A DNA stretch of 64,000 bases from Eledone cirrhosa. Its lineage: Eukaryota. The position numbers and the translations under genes are program-made. The stretch is from assembly GCA_964016885.1 (NCBI GenBank), contig OZ024743.1, positions 357,368,001 through 357,432,000 of the forward strand, written 5' to 3'. Shown here piece by piece: positions 1-11,913 of the stretch. The notes below the pieces were generated by a model that saw only the letters and a program-made list of their open reading frames with translations, was not told the DNA's origin and ran no database searches. Every line of letters begins with the position of its first letter. Position 1 is the first letter of the stretch.

Positions 1-20
1 AGTATGTATAAATATATATG

Positions 21-668
21 TCACATTATCTAACTTATGTTGATTACTCTGAGGATTAATTTAGTGATTTCTCTCTCAATTGAGTGCTTCGTGACAGCCT
101 CCAAAAATCGATTGGTTAATTGATTATTTATTCTTTGTTTGAAAACCTAGTTGAGAGCTTACTTCAAGGTTGTTCACACTTTTGAATGTATCCGCCAAAA
201 CCCGGATATGAACTTCCTCTTTCCTTTAGAAAACACGTGATCCCACTGCCAAAGTTACTGTTACAGTCGTTGGCAGCCAGGTCTCATAAACCGCGTTAAG
301 AGGATACTGAAACGAAGTGCCTGTTGAGGAAGGGAAATCCTCGTTCCATTCATTACTGACTTGCATGTTACATAACTTGGAGTGTAGCTTACGATACCCA
401 GAAAGCCATCGAAGATATTTATCTTTTAATATCTAATATCTATCGATCAGGTCTAGATTCGTCTCTAACCTGTTGATATTTTCGTTGTTGTAGTATTAAC
501 GTGGCAGCACGACTCTGGTCGCATTTTTCATTGTGTCACATTACCTAACTTATATTAATTACTCTGAAGATTAATTTATTGATTTCTCTCTCATTGAGTG
601 CTTCGTGGCAGCCTTCAAATATCGATTGCGAACCTGTTACTTACAGCTGCAACTTCGGTTATACTCAC

Positions 669-669
<1 letters not shown>
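21..669. repeat. Unclassified repeat, ~1.25 tandem units (period ~515 bp); diverged relative at ~18000-18400
   Basis: 21-114 repeats at 536-627 (tcacatta..ctctgaRgattaat..attgagtgcttcgtgRcagcct); the same motif series recurs at 18200-18398. Confidence 0.7.

Positions 670-705
<36 letters not shown>
670..705 (+). repeat. (ATT)n microsatellite, 5' flank of Tx1 copy 1
   Basis: Perfect ATT repeat directly before the element start. Confidence 0.95.
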
Positions 706-920
706 GGTTGGTGAAGCCACGCTTCTTATCGCCTCTAGTCTTTTTCAACGTTTTACCTCTTTTTCAACCGTTCTAAACCTTTTATTCAAGTTTTAAATTT
801 GATAAAAGTTTAGAAGAAGTGACCCACCTAATCCAGGGGTTCACTAGTAAATAATACGGCACTCCTTTACGGGGTGTCGTATTCGTATTTGTGTAAACAT
901 ATTTTTTGAAAAATTTCAAC

Positions 921-2914
921 ATGGATAACACAAAAAAGAGAGAGAGCGCTGTCAGACAACACAGAGAGAGGGAGATTTTATCAGCATGTCAACAAGACAG
1001 CGTTCCAGCGGAGGTAAATATAAACGAAAATATTACAAAGGAAAAAAAGATTGTTACAGATTTAAAATTAACAAATATTTCTAACACAAACAACACCAAC
1101 AATAACACCAACAACATCACCAACAACAACACCAAAAATAACAGCGGTAAAGTCGAGAACGACAATAACAAAAATAACAGCGGTAAGGTCGAGAACGACA
1201 ATAACAATGACAATAACAACAGCCACAACAACAATAATAGTAGGAACAGTATCAACAAAAACAACAATAATAACAACAGCCACAATAACAGTAACAGCAG
1301 CAACAGTATCAACGAAAACAACACCAACAACTGTACCAGCGAAAAGAACAACAATGACACCGATACCTGTAATAGCGACCTCAGCACCACGAGTAAGACC
1401 AGTAGCGGCAGCAATAGTGGTGCTGCTGAAAAAGGGACCACTTCTTTTGCAGGTGTCGCCCGAAATATCGAGACAGTGTTAGTCACAGAGGAGGAGATGG
1501 CAGTCGCAAGGGCCATGGTGACAAGAAGCGCAAATAGAGTTTCCCTGAAACCTCCACCCGATGTTTTCAAGGACCAGCAGCTACGAACGGTGACTTACCG
1601 CACCGTAAGCAAAATCTCACATCGAGTGGAGAGAGCCACGGAGGCTCAAATCCAAAAGGCCTTGGGGTGCGTCTGGGCACGCAAAACCCACAACACCCGA
1701 GGCAGAAAGTACTCCACAGTAGACGTACTTTTCGCCACCCCCCAGGAAGCAAAGTCTCACTCTTTGGAAACCCTAAAGAGTGAGGAGTTAGTCTTGGTGC
1801 CCTCCTACTGCGGGCAGAAAATTGTGAGGGTCAAAGTGACCCAGGTCCCACCCGACGTGCCCATACCTTGGCTGGCCGCGTCTGTCCTTGTTGGAATTGA
1901 GAACAGGGCGACCATGCTGCAAGTAGAACAAACAGGGAGAGAGAACTGGTCAGGTATAGGCATGCAAATGCTTATACAAACTGACCAGGAATGTATCGAG
2001 GCTATCCCCGATATCATAGACTTTGAGGAAGGACTCCAACTCCCTATAAGTGTAGAAGGAAGACGACCAAAATGTTATCTCTGTGGGTCGAAAGGTCACC
2101 TCAGGGCCTTTTGCCCGCAGAAGACACCGAAGAGGGCCCCTCTCCTTCCAATACCTGGTCCGCTGCTACCAAGAGCAGGACAGGCAACAAACGAAGAAGC
2201 CCCTTCCACGGTGAGTAGGAGGGCAACTTCCGTAGCACCCGTACCAAGGCCACGGATAACTAAAGCAGCATCATCAGTAGCGGCAACACCAATAGCTACA
2301 TTTGAAATAGCTACACCAGCAACAACATTGCCGAAGAGGGCTCCACTACCACCACCAACAGCCGTAGACCACATACCCCTCCCAGACGCCACAGAATCCG
2401 ACATGGAGTTTGAGGCGGGAGTGACGTGGCAAACAGTCTGCCACAAAAAACAAAAAAACAAAAAAACTCTTAGATTCACCCTCCAAAAGCGAAGGCATAC
2501 AAAGAGGGGTAAAGGCAGCAAGGAAACTTGCAGCAACACCACCACAAACACCAACAACGCAAACACAACAAGACACACACACCAAACAGCAACAAAATCA
2601 ACCCTCCCCCCAAAAAGTACACAGCCATAAACATAGCAAAAAAAGAACTCATAAAATATATAAAGCAGCACACAGATATCACGGAAAAAAATTACTACAC
2701 CCCACCAACACCAAGAACTCTCCCGTTAAACATAAGCATCATCGAAATCTCATTAGAACAATACAAACCTTTAAAACAAAAATTCCCCAACGCAGTTGGA
2801 GACTTCAGAGGGACGGTTACCAAGAGGATATACACTGACATCCTCTTGGAAACACCCATGACCAGCGAAAGGGACGGTTCTACTGTCCCTTCACCACACG
2901 AACAAGGTAAGTGA
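921..2914 (+). pseudogene. Tx1 ORF1 (gag-like, zinc knuckle), frameshifted near 2450-2530
   Basis: CYLCGSKGHLRAFC knuckle; the C-terminus homologous to copy 2 (KFPNAVGDFR) lies in another frame (2528..2914). Confidence 0.85.
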
Positions 2915-2946
2915 CCCTTTCTCATTTGCCCCGTTTCTCATCCAGC

Positions 2947-5900
2947 ATGGCTGTACTCAGAATAGGAAGTATAAATGCACGTGGCCTGGGGTCATCTTGG
3001 AAGCAGGGTCACCTGCTCAATGACCTCAGGTCACTAAACATAGATGTGGTGGCCATCAGTGAAACCAGAATCTCCGAGGCACGGGCCTTCGCACCGATCT
3101 TCGGCGGCTACGATGTATACGCATCTCCCAGCCGTCCAGGATCGGGGGGAGGGGTTGCCGTCCTTTTTCGGAGAGGCTTAGATCTCGCGATACAGGCCAT
3201 CTTCCTGGACCCAGAAGGTAAGTCGGTGGTGCTGGACGTGACCGGCAGCGAAGGCAATGCTTTCAGGCTAGTAGCCGTCTACGCCCCAACAGGGACAGGA
3301 CGGCCAGATTTCTTCAGACGTCTAGAGTCCGTTCTTGGAACGTCCCGCTCTTTAGTGTTAGTGGGCGACTGGAACGGTATCTTGGATGCACGCTGGGATC
3401 GTGTGGGGCTAGTGGATAGGGGAGGATGGTGCAAGAGCCTCACCAACCTTCTCAGACGTTTTGAACTGTCTGACAGGTATCGACTGGATCACCCGAATGT
3501 GCCAATGTGGACATGGACAAACCGCATCGGGTCATCCAGATCGTATCTGGTTAGGGTATTCTGCAGGGAACTAGATAAGGCTAGTATAAGTTGTCCACAA
3601 TTTAAAATAGTCGACTACACAGACCACAAATTTGTGATCTGTGAGATCGACATAGACAGACTTCATAGACAAGGGCCTGGTTACTGGAAGCTGAACGCGT
3701 CTTTCCCGGCGCGCAAGGCCTACAGAGACCGGATTAGCGTATTAGTTAAGCGGGCGTTGACGGGAGCGGTCGTCAACAACAGGTGGTGGTTCGCCCTGAA
3801 AAGAACAATTAAAGTAGAGTCGTTTAGGTTTAGCAAAGGAGTAGTGATAGAGGAAAATAGAGTAGAGGGAGAGCTAGTCAGAAAGCTAGAAGAGGCGTTT
3901 AGGACAGGCATCGCAACCGACGTGCTTGCGGCGAGATTGGCACTCGACCAATTCTTCAACGCAAAACACGAAGGCTGCGTTGTCAGAGCTAGAGCGCGTG
4001 CTCTGAAACACGAGGGGACAAAAGCCGTCCAATGGGCCCGGGTGGTAGAGGCGCGACGTGGCAATAAAGCCACAATTCGGTCTTTGTCTGACCAAAACGG
4101 GTGCGTGATGCTCGAACCCGAGCGGATGTGTGAAGCTTTTAGCAGCACTTTGCTGAACTGTTCGGGAGCGGCGGCGGCCCGGATCGGGACATGGACTTCA
4201 GTGCATACCTCGACGGACTGCCTCGGCTCTCGACGACCGCAGCACAGTGTTGCGAAAAGCCAATAACAGCCGGTGAAATACGGGAAGCGATGGCTAACTG
4301 CACAAGAGGTAAATCGCCAGGTTTAGATGGTCTGCCCTACGAGCTTTATGCATTTATGCCAGACTTTTTCGGTGACCTCTTGGCAGACGTCTTCTGCAAC
4401 TGACAGTAGAACGGGGGCATTCCCAGTTTTGTGAGCCGGGGAGCAGTGGCGCTGCTGAGAAAAGACCCGAACAAGGGGGATGTTATTGATAATTTCAGGC
4501 CCATAACTATGCTAAACGCAGAGTTCAAGATTTTGGCCAAGGTGTTAGCAACGAGGTTGGTGCTTGTCATCAAGGGTCTGGTTGGAGAGGCGCAGACATG
4601 CGCCATCCCGGACTGATCCATACACGACAACCTCCACCTCATGCCATACATCATAGAGAGGGTGGTTAAGGAACCTGGCAAGGGTGGGGCCCTGATCAAC
4701 TTGGATCAATCCAAAGCATTCGATAGGGTCGACCATCGGTACCTGGCGGCGGTCCTCGAGGCAGCCGGTTTCGGGCCCGTTTTCAGGCGTTGGATCGCAG
4801 CAATGTACAGCGACATCTGCTCAGTTGTGAGGGTGAACGGTCACCTGTCACAGCCGTTCAGCATCATGCGCTCAGTCCGCCAGGGTTGTCCCCTCTCGTC
4901 CCTCTTGTATGTATTGACTCTCGAGCCGTTACTGCACAAACTGGGGGCGATGAGGGGCGTCCCACGCGAACTAGGATGCGGGAAATCCGAGTCGGCTTAC
5001 GCTGACGACGTCACCGTGGTGGTGTCGAGCACCAGACACGTCCAGATGCTCGACACCGCTCTCAAGGAATACGAAATGGTGACAGGAGCAAAGATAAACC
5101 AGGAAAAGTCTGTGGGCTTGCAGCTAGGCACCTGGAGAGGCAAGTCTATGCCGTCCGACAGCGTCGTGGGGCGTTGGACGGACGGACCGGTTAAATTGCT
5201 CGGGGTCTGGTTCGGACCGGACCACCAGATGGAGACAAACTGGAACGAGGTGACGAGCAGGGTGGCCTCCCTCACCCAGAAATGGGCTGAGAGGAAGCTG
5301 TCCATCTGCTACCGCCTCACCGTCGTCCCTTGCTCCAGCCCAACTCTCACCAAAATGGAGAGCCTCCTCTTCCGCTTTTTGTGGAAGGGACGCGCTCCCA
5401 TGATCAGACGATCCATCTGCTGTCAACACCCGTTGCGTGGAGGACTGAGCATGCCATGGCTGATGATGCGCAAACATGCGCTGAGGCTGCGACATCTCTG
5501 GTGCTTCCTTGATGGTGAACGGGTGTGGTCGCCGTTCGCCAGGCACATTTTCCCATAGCTCGTCTCCTTGACGGAGCTGCAGTCCTGGGTCAGAAAAAGA
5601 CCGAGGGATAGCGCTTGGAAACTGGAATGTCTCCAGGCGCTCACTGCCCTCTCCCAGTTGGGCACCAGTATCGGTGGAACATCCACCTCGGCGTTCTATA
5701 GAGGATTAGTGGAGGGGAAGAGCGACGACGTTCTCAGAGAGATCCTGGGCGTCGAAGAAGATCAGCTGCTTGTTCTCTTCCGGAGAACTTTCAGCCCGGG
5801 GCCTATGGATAACTTCCAAAAATCCCTGGCCTGGCAGTGCTACCGGGGAGCGCTGCCGGTTCGAGATAAGCTCTACAGGCACGGAAATGCCGTCAGCCGA

Positions 5901-6320
5901 GCCTGTCCGAGATGCGCGCATAGCGACGACACCGTTGTGCGCGCACTCGTTCAGTGCCCAAGCATTTCTGACTTGTGGAGCTATGTCGAACAGTTGCTGT
6001 CACGTGTGGGACTGATCCGGTTGTCGACTGAGTCCATTGTGCAGATGGTCTCGCCGTCTTCCTTTGAGGAGGAAGGGCAGGCGGTTTTCATCTGCCTGGT
6101 GGCCATGGCGAAAGAGATTGTGTGGTGGACAAGGTGAAAAGGATTAAAGACAAACACTTTCCTCTTCGGCGAATCCCTGATAATCTTTTTCAAGTTTCAC
6201 TTGAAGAGGAAAATCAGGGTGGAGAGGCAAGTGCTGCTTTCTGGCAAGTTTGTTGAAAGGTGGGTGAATGTAACGAGAATGGTCCGAGTGAACGGGACCG
6301 CTCTGAATATACGTCTGTAG
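2947..6320 (+). pseudogene. Tx1 ORF2 (AP endonuclease + reverse transcriptase) with several stops and frameshifts
   Basis: SINARGL, SET, GDWN, TDH (APE); KSPGLDGLP, FRPITMLN, LDQSKAFDRV, VRQGCPLS, AYADD (RT); CPRC. Confidence 0.92.
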
Positions 6321-6506
6321 TTTGAGAGATGGAAAAATTGAGAGAGGGCGCTTGCCCTGGTAGTCAGGGTGGCCGTGGTCTTTTGTGTGGTTTTCGCCAC
6401 GAGTAACCCTCGGAGGTTTCCCCCCTATTGGGGAATTTTTCATTGTTTCAATTTTCATTTTATTGTTTATATATATGTTTTATGTCTTTTTTCTTTTCTT
6501 ATATAA

Positions 6507-6576
6507 ATATTTGTTTCTACTTTAGGCACAAGGCCAGCAATTACCCAGTGCATTACTGGTACTTTATTTTATCGAC
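6507..6576 (-). mobile_element. 3' fragment of type-1 SINE inside the Tx1 3' UTR
   Basis: Reverse complement of the SINE tail gtcgataaaataaagtaccagtaatgcactgg...ccttgtgcctaaagtagaaacaa; absent from the copy-2 UTR. Confidence 0.8.
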
Positions 6577-6652
6577 ACATCGTACCGTCCTGTACCATCC
6601 TGTTCCGTCTGTGATGTTTTTCTTGATGTCAGCCCTTGTGGCCAATAAAGAT

Positions 6653-6655
<3 letters not shown>

Positions 6656-6695
<40 letters not shown>
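6656..6695 (+). repeat. (ATT)n tract shared by the 3' ends of Tx1 copy 1 and Dong-like copy 1
   Basis: Perfect repeat between two tail-to-tail elements. Confidence 0.95.
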
Positions 6696-6696
<1 letters not shown>

Positions 6697-9600
6697 AGTT
6701 GCATTTATCTTGCTTTATGTTCATACGAGTTATCACCAAGTCACAACCAGTGACCTCAAGAGACAACAAGGTCCGCCATGTTCAAGAAAGGACATACATA
6801 CTCACACATGCATCTTTAGTGTTTAGACTTGTGATGTACTTATATTGACAGAATCTTCCTTAGTATATGGGCAGTTCCCATTAGTACTATCTTTTGTATT
6901 TCTCCTATACGCGGGTTTCCTGGGATTTGCGATAAGTAATCATTAGACCCCTTAGGTATCATTCCCAGAGCGCCTACAACCACTGGTATTGTTTTAGTTC
7001 TCAATTTCCACATTTTTCCAATTTCTATCTCCAGGTCCTTATACTTGCTCAATTTTTCAAATGTTTTTATAGATACATTCTTGTCTATTGGAACAGACAT
7101 ATCAATTAGCAGGCATACCCTCTTTTGAAAGTCTTTCAATATTATATCAGGTCTGTTTGCATCTATTTTTCGGTCTGTTTGGATGCTAAAGTTCCACAAG
7201 ATTGAGATGTGATCTTTTTCAAGTATGGGAGGTGGTTGATGCTCCCACCAATTCTTTTGATGGGGCAGGTCAAAATGCTTACACATTATCCAATGTATGT
7301 ATTGTGCAGCTCTGTCATGCCTGTTTAGGTATTCGGTTGGAGCTATAGGACTGCACATTGAAATTATATGGTCAATGGCCTCTGGTTGTTTTTTGCATAC
7401 ACGGCATAATGGGCTGCATCCATTTTTTATTATGTTGGCTTGGTAATTTTTTGTTGGCAGACACTGATCTTGTGCTGATATAATCAGTCCTTCAGTTTCC
7501 GATTTCAGTCCAGAGGATGCCAACCACTGATGGGTTAAAGTTTTGTCAACATCAGGATTGTTAGCTTGCTCTGGGTATTTTCCATACAGAGGCTTTTCTT
7601 GCCATTTCTTAGCCAGTTTCTGTAGCAGTTCTTTCTTTGCAGTTACTTTTACCTGCTTTGCTTTTTCTGTGTTTTCCATTTCAGCAGTAAATGGGACTTC
7701 TGAAATTTGTAGTCCATTACTGTATCTTTGTGCATCTTTTGTAATGGAATATGATCTTTTTATGCTTTCGTGTTTCAAAACGAGTTTGATCATCCAATCA
7801 TGTGATTCCCTTAGATATGTAGATAATCCAATTGTTGCAGTTTTCAACGCAATATCTAACTGGATTAACCCACGTCCTCCTTCTTTCCTAGGGAGATATA
7901 TTCTATCTATATCTGCCTTAGGGTGATGCATTCTGTGCATGGTTAAGAATTTTGGAATTTTTGTATCGAGCCTACGGATCTCTGTGCTTGACCAGTTGAT
8001 GACATTGTAACTGTAGGTTACTACTGGTATGGCAAGCGTGTTTATGGCATCGATCCTATTCCTTGCATTCAATTCCGTTCTTAAGATTGCTCTTACTCTG
8101 CGGTAACATTCCTTCCTTATCCTTTCCTTCATTGTCGAGTGCTTGATTCCGTCTCCTTCACAAACACCTAGATATTTGTAAGTTTTTTCTTGATCAAGTT
8201 CTCTTATCACGTTCCCCTGATCAAGATTAATGTCTGAACTCTTCAGCAGCTTTCCTCTGGTGAACGTTGCTTTGGCGCATTTATCTAGTCCAAACTCCAT
8301 TTTAATGTCATCACTGAACTGCTCCACAGTGGATAATAGCCCTTGCAATTGTTCATCATTTTTTGCAAATAGTTTCAGGTCATCCATGTAGAACAAGTGA
8401 TTAATGGTTTTGTCATAGACTTTATATCCATGTTTTGTTTCATTGAGCATTTTACTTAATGGTATAAGTGCGATGCAGAATAAAAGCGGTGATAAAGAGT
8501 CACTCTGAAAAATTCCACAATTAATATTAACTTCTCCAGCTTCCAGTGATTTTGTTTCACTATTCAAAAGGAATGTCGTTTTCCATGTCCTCATACTGAA
8601 TGACAAAAACCTCCTGACAACGGGGGATATTTTGAAAATCTCTAAACATTTTTCAATCCAACTGTGTGGCAAACTATCGAATGCTTTTTTATAATCTATC
8701 CAAGCAATCGATAGATTTTTGTGTCTATTATGACAATCTTCCAGTATCATTTTGTTAACCAGAAGCTGATCCTTACAGCCATATGAGCCTCGTTTACACC
8801 CTTTCTGCTCAATGGGAAATAGGTCATTTGTTATCAGGTGGTCATATGTGTATTCAGTTAGGACTGATGTTAAAATGTTATACATTGTGGTCAAGCAAGA
8901 TATCGGTCTGTAATTTTGTTTGTCTCATCATTCTTCGGAAGCAGGAATGTAATGCCGTTAACTAGCCATGATGGTATCTTTTCTGGCTCCTTAACTATTT
9001 CATTGTAAAGTTGGGCTAACAACTCATGAGACTCTGTGAAGGCATTTATCCAAAAGTTTTGTATTTTGTCTTTTCCTGGGGATTTCCATTTGCTGGTTTT
9101 TCTTAGAGCCAAGCGCAACTGTTCAACTGTTATATTTTCCCATATTTGTTCCTCAAGGTGAGCTGTATCTTTCATTTGTCTGTCTATCCATGGGGCATGT
9201 ATGTTATGAACTTTTTCTTCGGCCCAGATCTTTTCCCAGAATTCTTGCACTTCCTCCTTGGGTGGTATTGATTTAGCAGTTATTGTTGACTTACCAATTT
9301 TTCTGTAGAAGTTTCTTTGGTTGTTTTTGAACATATTATTGTCCTTATAGAATCTAGATGGTTTTTCAAAGCGCCTTATACGAGCAGCTTTGGCCGACAC
9401 TTTTTGCTTGATTATTTCTATCAGCACGTCTATGTCACATGTTGATTTTATACTGTACTTTTTTTTCAATTTTCTAAGTTTAGTTTGTTTAACAGGTTCA
9501 CCTACTTTATAGTTTGTTAAAATTTCTATGTCAGATCGGAGAAGGTTTATTTGGCGATTGATGTTCTCTTGCCAAGTAGATTTCTTGTGGGAATTCCTTT

Positions 9601-10733
9601 GTTTTTTCATCTTCACTCCACATAAGTGAGTGGTGACTTTAGCCGATGCATAATAGAGATGATTTAAATCAGTAATGTTTAGTTTGTTTGTGATGATAAT
9701 GTTTTTGAGAATTATGTTAGTCTTGTGTATTATCTTTTGGTTTTCTTTGGAGTTCTGGATCTTAGGGAGGGTGTCTCGTTGCCCCATGTCAGATTCTTTC
9801 ATTTTCATCCATTCGATCATAATTTCATCCTTCAAGTTGGCAAGTTCATTCTCATTCATTTCTTTATCATTTACGATCTCATTATTTTCATTTGGAGTTT
9901 CATCCTGAGCATGCACTCCCTCCACTTTTTCAATCCTTTCTTTAATTTGTTCTGTTGCCAGTGATTCCGCCCCAACCCTGGGGTTCGAAGTGTTACAGTT
10001 TACCTCGTTTTCACTGACACATGTTTCATATTCCCTTCGCTGACTTTGTGCTAATAGCTTGATCTGATCAATTTCTATATCAGTTAGTAACTTTTTTTTA
10101 CAATATTTCTTCGTATATTGGCTAGTTTGTTACTGTCAATATAGCCTCTGTTTTCGGGATGTTTCTTTTTCCAGTTGATATATGTCTGTTCTGTATTCGA
10201 TGTATTTGATGGGTAGTACATGGCAGTGTAGAAAGCCCCAAGGACTTCTTTATTATCTTCCCTTGACCATTTTTCTCTCTTTTTCTTTGGATTTCTTGGT
10301 GTGGTGAGCATGGAGGGCCAACAGTAGGAGTATTCCGGTTATGGGAGGTCTCCAGCTCCGAAGTGATGGGAATGTTTGAACCATTAGCTGATTTTTCGAC
10401 CCCAGTCTGGTTCCTCTCTGAGGGACGCGGCCCTTTTTTACCCGGGTGACGGCCGATCCGGTATGAGATTTTATCATTAGACATTTACTTTATTTTGTCG
10501 CGTTTTATCCTTATCCGCCAAGGGGTAATCATTTCGTGTTACCACTTCTAGAACGAGTGTCAACCAAGACTAGAGGGGTCGTTCTCCCCTAGAGACACGG
10601 CTATTCCCCGCCGGCCGCCATCCCGGTATTTCTTGGTCACGGGGTTTTCTTTTTGTTGTTTTTTTAAAATTGTTATTATCATGAGTGGTTCCTTAATGTG
10701 AGCATTGCGTGGCTTAAGAATGAAATTATTAAT
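6696..10733 (-). mobile_element. R4/Dong-type non-LTR retrotransposon with restriction-like endonuclease (copy 1), decayed
   Basis: Single broken ORF 10484->6840: RT (IDYKKAFD, IFQSDSLSP, YMDD), CRVC..HIISMC, RHD, and RLE (RPDII, LIDMSVP, KLSKY, IPVVVGALG). Confidence 0.9.
6840..10484 (-). pseudogene. RT-RLE polyprotein, frameshifted (~8900 and 9930-10310); QGD changed to QSD
   Basis: ORF pieces 10122..10484, 10084..10311, 8891..9925 and 6840..8894 are collinear with copy 2. Confidence 0.88.
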
Positions 10734-11633
10734 AAGTGTCTCCACTTCAGGCACAAGGCCAGCAATCACCCAGTGCATTACAATAATATAATATACTTTT
10801 TGCTGTAGTTGCCTGTTATTGTTGTTGGCTATATCGGTGGTGGTGCCGGGGCTTTTTATATTGTTGGTGAGGAAGGGGTGAGCCAGCAGTCCCATAGTTG
10901 TTGATGTTGACGTTTGGCCGGTGGCCAGGTCACTAAGTCAATCTATTTATATCTTTTGCTAGCCTCTCCCTTGTCTAGTGATACCGCCACCTTCCCCTTT
11001 CTCTCTCAAGTTAACAGGGGAATAGTGGTGGTAGCAATGAAGGAGTGGTGGCGGCGACGATGGGATAGTGGTAGCAAGACGATGGATGGGGTGGTGACGG
11101 CGGTGGCTTTGTGGTTACTGGGTTTTGTGATATGTAGTATCTATGAGTTTGTGTTCGTATGTTTAATATATATTGTGTTGACATATTCCCGTAAAATTGG
11201 AATTAAACATTTTGTTAAAATTTGAGACAATAATAATAGTAATTATTATTATGATGCTGGGATTGATGGTGGTGGTGGTGAAATTGCCGTTATCTGGCTG
11301 TTATATTTAGTGTGATGGGATAGGTGGTGTATCAACTTTCTGGTGTTGGTGAAATTGCTGTTATTTGGCTGTTCTATATAGTGTAGACAGAGGGTGTTTT
11401 CTTCCATTTATAACCATTTTCTTTTTTTGAATACAGAATATATAATACAAAATTGAATATTTGAGCGATATAACAATATAATATGGATCCGAAATTTTAT
11501 GGGACTTCATTCGGTGGATTATGCAACATTTGTACTAAGAATTGTTATTTCACAATTGATTTAAATATGTTAAAAATCAAAAACTTACGGGAGCGATTTC
11601 ATGACCTTCTACCACCTCGTGCGTCTTCTTCCC

Positions 11634-11662
11634 TTATTATTATTATTATTATTATTATTATT
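11634..11662 (+). repeat. (ATT)n microsatellite, 5' flank of Tx1 copy 2
   Basis: Perfect repeat directly before the element. Confidence 0.95.
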
Positions 11663-11913
11663 GAATGCCATGGTTGACGGAGGCTCGGCTCTGTAAGGTA
11701 TAGTAATTTTTAACCGTTAAAACAATTGTAAATTGTTTAAAACTTGAACCAAATTGTTGATAAAGACACCCTCCTCCTCGTGAGAGGGGTCTTTCTGTCC
11801 GTTATTTGGCCCTTCGGGGTTAAATAACCAGTTATTAAAATAACTGTCCGTTATTTGCCCCTTCGGGGTTAAATAACCAGTTATTAAAATTTCATTTTAA
11901 ACAAAAAAACAAC

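Larger units (their letters stand above)
706..6655 (+). mobile_element. L1/Tx1-clade non-LTR retrotransposon, near full length, decayed (copy 1)
   Basis: ORF1 with CCHC knuckle, then ORF2 with APE, RT and C-terminal Cys motif; AATAAA at 6644; (ATT)n on both sides. Confidence 0.93.

Noticed and set aside
10500-10660. Possible 5' ribozyme in the Dong-like UTR
   Set aside because: Hairpins are present, but neither an HDV nor a hammerhead core could be fitted by eye.
11765-11800. TCCTCGT resembling the L3 loop of an HDV-like ribozyme in the Tx1 5' UTR
   Set aside because: It folds as a simple hairpin; no P1/P2 double pseudoknot could be built, and it is not conserved in copy 1.
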